A stretch of DNA of 64,000 nucleotides. It comes from Candidatus Cloacimonadota bacterium (lineage in GTDB: Bacteria; Cloacimonadota; Cloacimonadia; Cloacimonadales; TCS61). Each line of letters starts with the position of its first letter. Position 1 is the stretch's first letter. The notes beneath the pieces are model-generated. The model did not search any database. It saw nothing but the letters and a program-made list of their open reading frames with translations, and was not told the DNA's origin. The DNA lies in the NCBI GenBank assembly GCA_018400535.1, contig JAGYMQ010000143.1:12227-76226 (forward strand), read 5' to 3'. A program made the position numbers and the translations under genes. This document shows positions 60,859 through 64,000 of this stretch, piece after piece.

Positions 60859-61605
60859 TCAATTTTCCATTTCAGCAAAAACTTCATCAGAGATTTCGTA
60901 GTTGGCAAAAACTTTTTGCACATCATCCAGATCTTCCAATTGCTCTATCAATCGGATCAACTTTTCAGCAAACTCATCAGCATTTATAGTGTTTTTTGGA
61001 ATTCTGGTCAATTCAGCTTTTTCGATTTTGAAGTCTTCTTTTTCCAGAGCTGCGAGAACTTCGTGCAATTTGGAATATTCTGTGAAGATCAAAAAGCGAT
61101 CATCTTCATTTTCCAAATCTTCGGCACCCGCTTCAAGCGCAGCCATCATCAGCTCATCTTCGTCTAAATTTTCATTCAATATTTCGATCAATCCCTTTTG
61201 TTCAAACATCCAGGCAACCGATCCTGTTTCTGCAAGATGACCTCCATGTTTACTGAAAACGTGTCTGATGTCCGATACTGTGCGTTTGCTATTATCCGTG
61301 AGTGTTTCCAGAAATATCGCCACACCACCTGGTCCATAACCTTCATAGTTGTTTTGTTCATAATTAACACCTTCCAAATCGCCAGTTCCCTTTCTAATCG
61401 CTTTTTCAATGTTATTATTTGGCATATTTTCGTTACGGGCGTTGGTGATAGCAAGACGTAGCCGTGGATTCATTTCAGGGTCACCACCTCCGTCACGTGC
61501 AGAAACAATGATCTCTTTGACCAATTTTGTGAAGATCTTACCTTTCTTTTTATCGGCAGCTTGTTTTTTGTGTTTTATCGAGCTCCATTTATTGTGACCG
61601 GAAAT
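60859..61605 (-). CDS. yebC: YebC/PmpR-family transcriptional regulator, apparently initiated at ATT (AUU)
   Basis: In-frame upstream translation gives (I)SGHNKWSSIKHKKQAADKKKGKIFTKLVKEIIVSAR, the family hallmark N-terminus. There is no ATG/GTG/TTG between the in-frame TAA (61623-61621) and this motif. GGAGG lies 6 nt upstream of the ATT at 61605. Confidence 0.88.
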   Translation of the reverse strand: MSGHNKWSSIKHKKQAADKKKGKIFTKLVKEIIVSARDGGGDPEMNPRLRLAITNARNENMPNNNIEKAIRKGTGDLEGVNYEQNNYEGYGPGGVAIFLETLTDNSKRTVSDIRHVFSKHGGHLAETGSVAWMFEQKGLIEILNENLDEDELMMAALEAGAEDLENEDDRFLIFTEYSKLHEVLAALEKEDFKIEKAELTRIPKNTINADEFAEKLIRLIEQLEDLDDVQKVFANYEISDEVFAEMEN

Positions 61606-61902
61606 AATACACCTCCAATATTACATTATACAGTTTATATAATCAATATTTTATTTATCTTCGTCCCATTTTATCATCGTAATTATTAAAATTTACCAGA
61701 TATTGAAAGAATAATAAATCAATTTTTGCATTCTCAATTGTAAAAAAGCTTCTTCCTTTCGTAACTTTTTTCTACTGAGGAAGTTCCGCTGAATAAATCA
61801 ACAAAAATTTTTGGTCTATTCATTTTAAAATTTTAAGGGCACTGTCAATAGATGGTAATAATTTCGTTTTATCTGTGTGATATCTCATAAAATTACCTGA
61901 TC

Positions 61903-61933
61903 CCACCTTGCAGAGCCAAATTCTGCAAGGTGG
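61903..61933 (-). terminator. Strong hairpin immediately downstream of the EF-G-like gene (possible terminator; U-tract interrupted)
   Basis: Perfect 12-bp stem ccaccttgcaga / tctgcaaggtgg with a 7-nt loop, 10 nt after the stop codon. Confidence 0.45.
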
Positions 61934-61943
61934 TCAATTCATT

Positions 61944-63980
61944 TTAATCTTCTTTTTTTGCTTCAGATATCACTTTTTGGGCAATTTCATTTGGAACTTT
62001 TTCATAATGAGAAAACTCTTGTGTGAATCTTCCTCTTCCTTGCGTTAGAGATTTCAGGGCGGGATAATAATTCATTAGTTCTGCCAAAGGCATTTCAGAA
62101 TTAAGTATTTGTTTTTTGCCTTTATTTTCCATACCTTGAATTTTTCCGCGTCGGGTCGAAATATCACCCATCACGTCACCCATATATTCATCGGGGATGA
62201 TGATCTTGACTTTATGGACAGGCTCCAGCAGGATTGGTTTAGCAATGGAAAAAGCCTTTTTCAATGCATTCCAGGAAGCGATCTTAAACGCCATTTCAGA
62301 AGAATCCACATCATGGAAAGTCCCATCATAAACTTCGACGCTGATATCAACGATCGGATTTCCAGAAACGATGCCATCTTTCATGATCTCAAGTAGTCCT
62401 TTTTCTATTGCTGGAATAAATTTTGTGGGAATCCTTCCACCAACGACTGAATTGATGAATTCAAATCCTTCACCACGCGCTTTTGGTTTTACTTTAAAAT
62501 AAACTTCAGCATATTGTCCTTTTCCGCCAGATTGTTTTTTGTGTCGATAGTTCACATCGGCGTTTTTAGATATTGTTTCTTTGTAAGGAACTGCTGGAAT
62601 TTTTAGATCTGCTTCAATCTTGAATCTTGATCTTAACCTCTTTTGCAGCAATCCGATCTGCTGTTCTCCCAATCCCGAGATCACATTTTCAGCAGTTTCT
62701 TTGTTCATATTGACGTTCAAAGTAGGATCTTCATCGAGGAGTTTTGTTAAAGCAGAACCGATTTTGTCTTCATCATGCTGATTTGCTGCTTTGATCGATT
62801 GCCAGTAAACTGATGACGGCAATTCTATTTCATGGAATCTCATTTTGGAATTTGGAAGAACGATTGAATTGAAGCTGCGTGCATATTTCATTTTCACCAG
62901 ACCACCGATATCTCCGGTGTTGATCTCATCAGCTTCCTGGCGATTTTTTCCTAAAACTTGATACATCGAGCCAATCCGATCTTTATTATCTTTTTCTGGA
63001 ACATAGATATCCAAGCCGTTAGTCAATTTTCCAGAAAAAACACGAACATAGGCCATATCACCCACTTTTGGGTCAGAGAATGATTTGAAAACATAGGCAA
63101 GAAGATCATCATTTTCAGAGACTTTGATCTTGGTTTCATTCTCATCTTTTTGGATCGTGATCTCGTTTCTATCAGCAGGTGAAGGAAGATATTCCACAAA
63201 GGCGTTCATCAGGTCAATAATACCAATATTTTTGGAAGCAGAAGTGGCAAAAGCGGGAATGAGTTTTCCATTTTTGATCGCATTTTGCAATCCGTTGGTC
63301 ATTTCTTCTTTGGAAAGTTCACCAGCTTCAAAATATTTCTCCAGAAGCTGATCATCACTTTCGGCAATGGCTTCCATCAATTCCAATCTACTTTCTTCTA
63401 CCTGTTCACTCATATTTTCTGGGATATCAATTTCTTCTCCATTATTAAATGCTTTTCCTTTTGCAATATCGATAATGCCTTCAAAACGGTGTTCAGAGCC
63501 TATTGGGATCATGATCGGAGCAGGATTGATATCTGTATTTTCACGAATTCTTTCTAACGCTTTGTTAAAATCAGCGCCTTCGCTATCCATACGGTTTATG
63601 ATCAATCCTTTCACGATGGGGCGATCTGCCAGTAGTTCCAGCGATCTTTCTAAACTCACTTCAAATTCTGCTGCTGCATTTGCAACGAACAAAGTGATTT
63701 CGCTGGCGATCGCGGCAGAAATTTGTTCTACCACAAAATCACCCACACCCGGTGTATCAAGTAAATTGATCTTACATTTTTTCCAATCAAATTGAGCTAT
63801 ACTGAGTGAAACTGAACTTTGACGCTCAATTTCTTCAGCATTGAAATCCATTACCGTGTTGCCTTCTTCAATCTTACCAACTCTTGTCGTAACTTTGGCA
63901 TTATACAGGATCTGTTCAGCTAAGCTGGTTTTTCCTGCGCCGGTAGCTCCAACAAATGCTATATTTCTGATATTTTTCAT
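61944..63980 (-). CDS. Elongation factor G-like translational GTPase (EF-G paralog, outside an str-operon context)
   Basis: G1 GATGAGKTS, G3 DTPG, G4 variant NRMD. Five-domain EF-G length (678 aa). The neighbours are not rpsL/rpsG/tuf. Confidence 0.85.
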   Translation of the reverse strand: MKNIRNIAFVGATGAGKTSLAEQILYNAKVTTRVGKIEEGNTVMDFNAEEIERQSSVSLSIAQFDWKKCKINLLDTPGVGDFVVEQISAAIASEITLFVANAAAEFEVSLERSLELLADRPIVKGLIINRMDSEGADFNKALERIRENTDINPAPIMIPIGSEHRFEGIIDIAKGKAFNNGEEIDIPENMSEQVEESRLELMEAIAESDDQLLEKYFEAGELSKEEMTNGLQNAIKNGKLIPAFATSASKNIGIIDLMNAFVEYLPSPADRNEITIQKDENETKIKVSENDDLLAYVFKSFSDPKVGDMAYVRVFSGKLTNGLDIYVPEKDNKDRIGSMYQVLGKNRQEADEINTGDIGGLVKMKYARSFNSIVLPNSKMRFHEIELPSSVYWQSIKAANQHDEDKIGSALTKLLDEDPTLNVNMNKETAENVISGLGEQQIGLLQKRLRSRFKIEADLKIPAVPYKETISKNADVNYRHKKQSGGKGQYAEVYFKVKPKARGEGFEFINSVVGGRIPTKFIPAIEKGLLEIMKDGIVSGNPIVDISVEVYDGTFHDVDSSEMAFKIASWNALKKAFSIAKPILLEPVHKVKIIIPDEYMGDVMGDISTRRGKIQGMENKGKKQILNSEMPLAELMNYYPALKSLTQGRGRFTQEFSHYEKVPNEIAQKVISEAKKED

Positions 63981-64000
63981 ATATCCCCCAGAAATGATTT

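Overview
AT-rich (roughly mid-30s % GC by eye), gene-dense bacterial chromosome segment. It is almost entirely housekeeping: miaB, yicC, rnr, waaA, hslVU, ftsH, hpt, tilS, topA, secA, gyrBA, rsmB, ruvAC and yebC. It also carries an FMN-riboswitch-controlled ribD-ribE-ribBA-ribH operon, tRNA-Leu(CAG), and anaerobic 2-oxoacid metabolism genes (iorAB, a 1174-aa PFOR, an HgdC-type activase). waaA implies a diderm envelope. The gene set suggests an anaerobic amino-acid fermenter, possibly FCB or Cloacimonadota-like; this is a low-confidence inference. I found no CRISPR array, transposase, integrase, prophage or rRNA. The only clearly accessory block is a compact type II restriction-modification pair (17170-19510), wedged without spacers into a long minus-strand gene string. 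I did not find a convincing multi-gene novel system. The observations I consider most worth follow-up come from direct reading. (1) A 28-bp dif-like XerC/D site (2192-2219) lies in a 675-bp gene-free spacer, about 8 kb from a convergent switch in gene orientation, which suggests the replication terminus. (2) Two genes seem to start at non-canonical AUU/AUA codons placed 6 nt after perfect Shine-Dalgarno sequences: yebC, which is well supported, and an orphan pilin-like gene, which is less certain. (3) A perfect 16-bp palindrome sits between an arsR-family gene and its ABC-2 exporter genes. (4) A ~250-bp insertion-like module with 15-nt direct repeats splits a terminator at the convergence point. 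(5) There are several orphan or odd-context genes: a stand-alone PASTA protein in a diderm, an activase without a dehydratase coupled to a sirtuin, and a MacB/FtsX-type permease without an ATPase. All protein calls rest on motif recognition in the supplied translations. No database search was possible.
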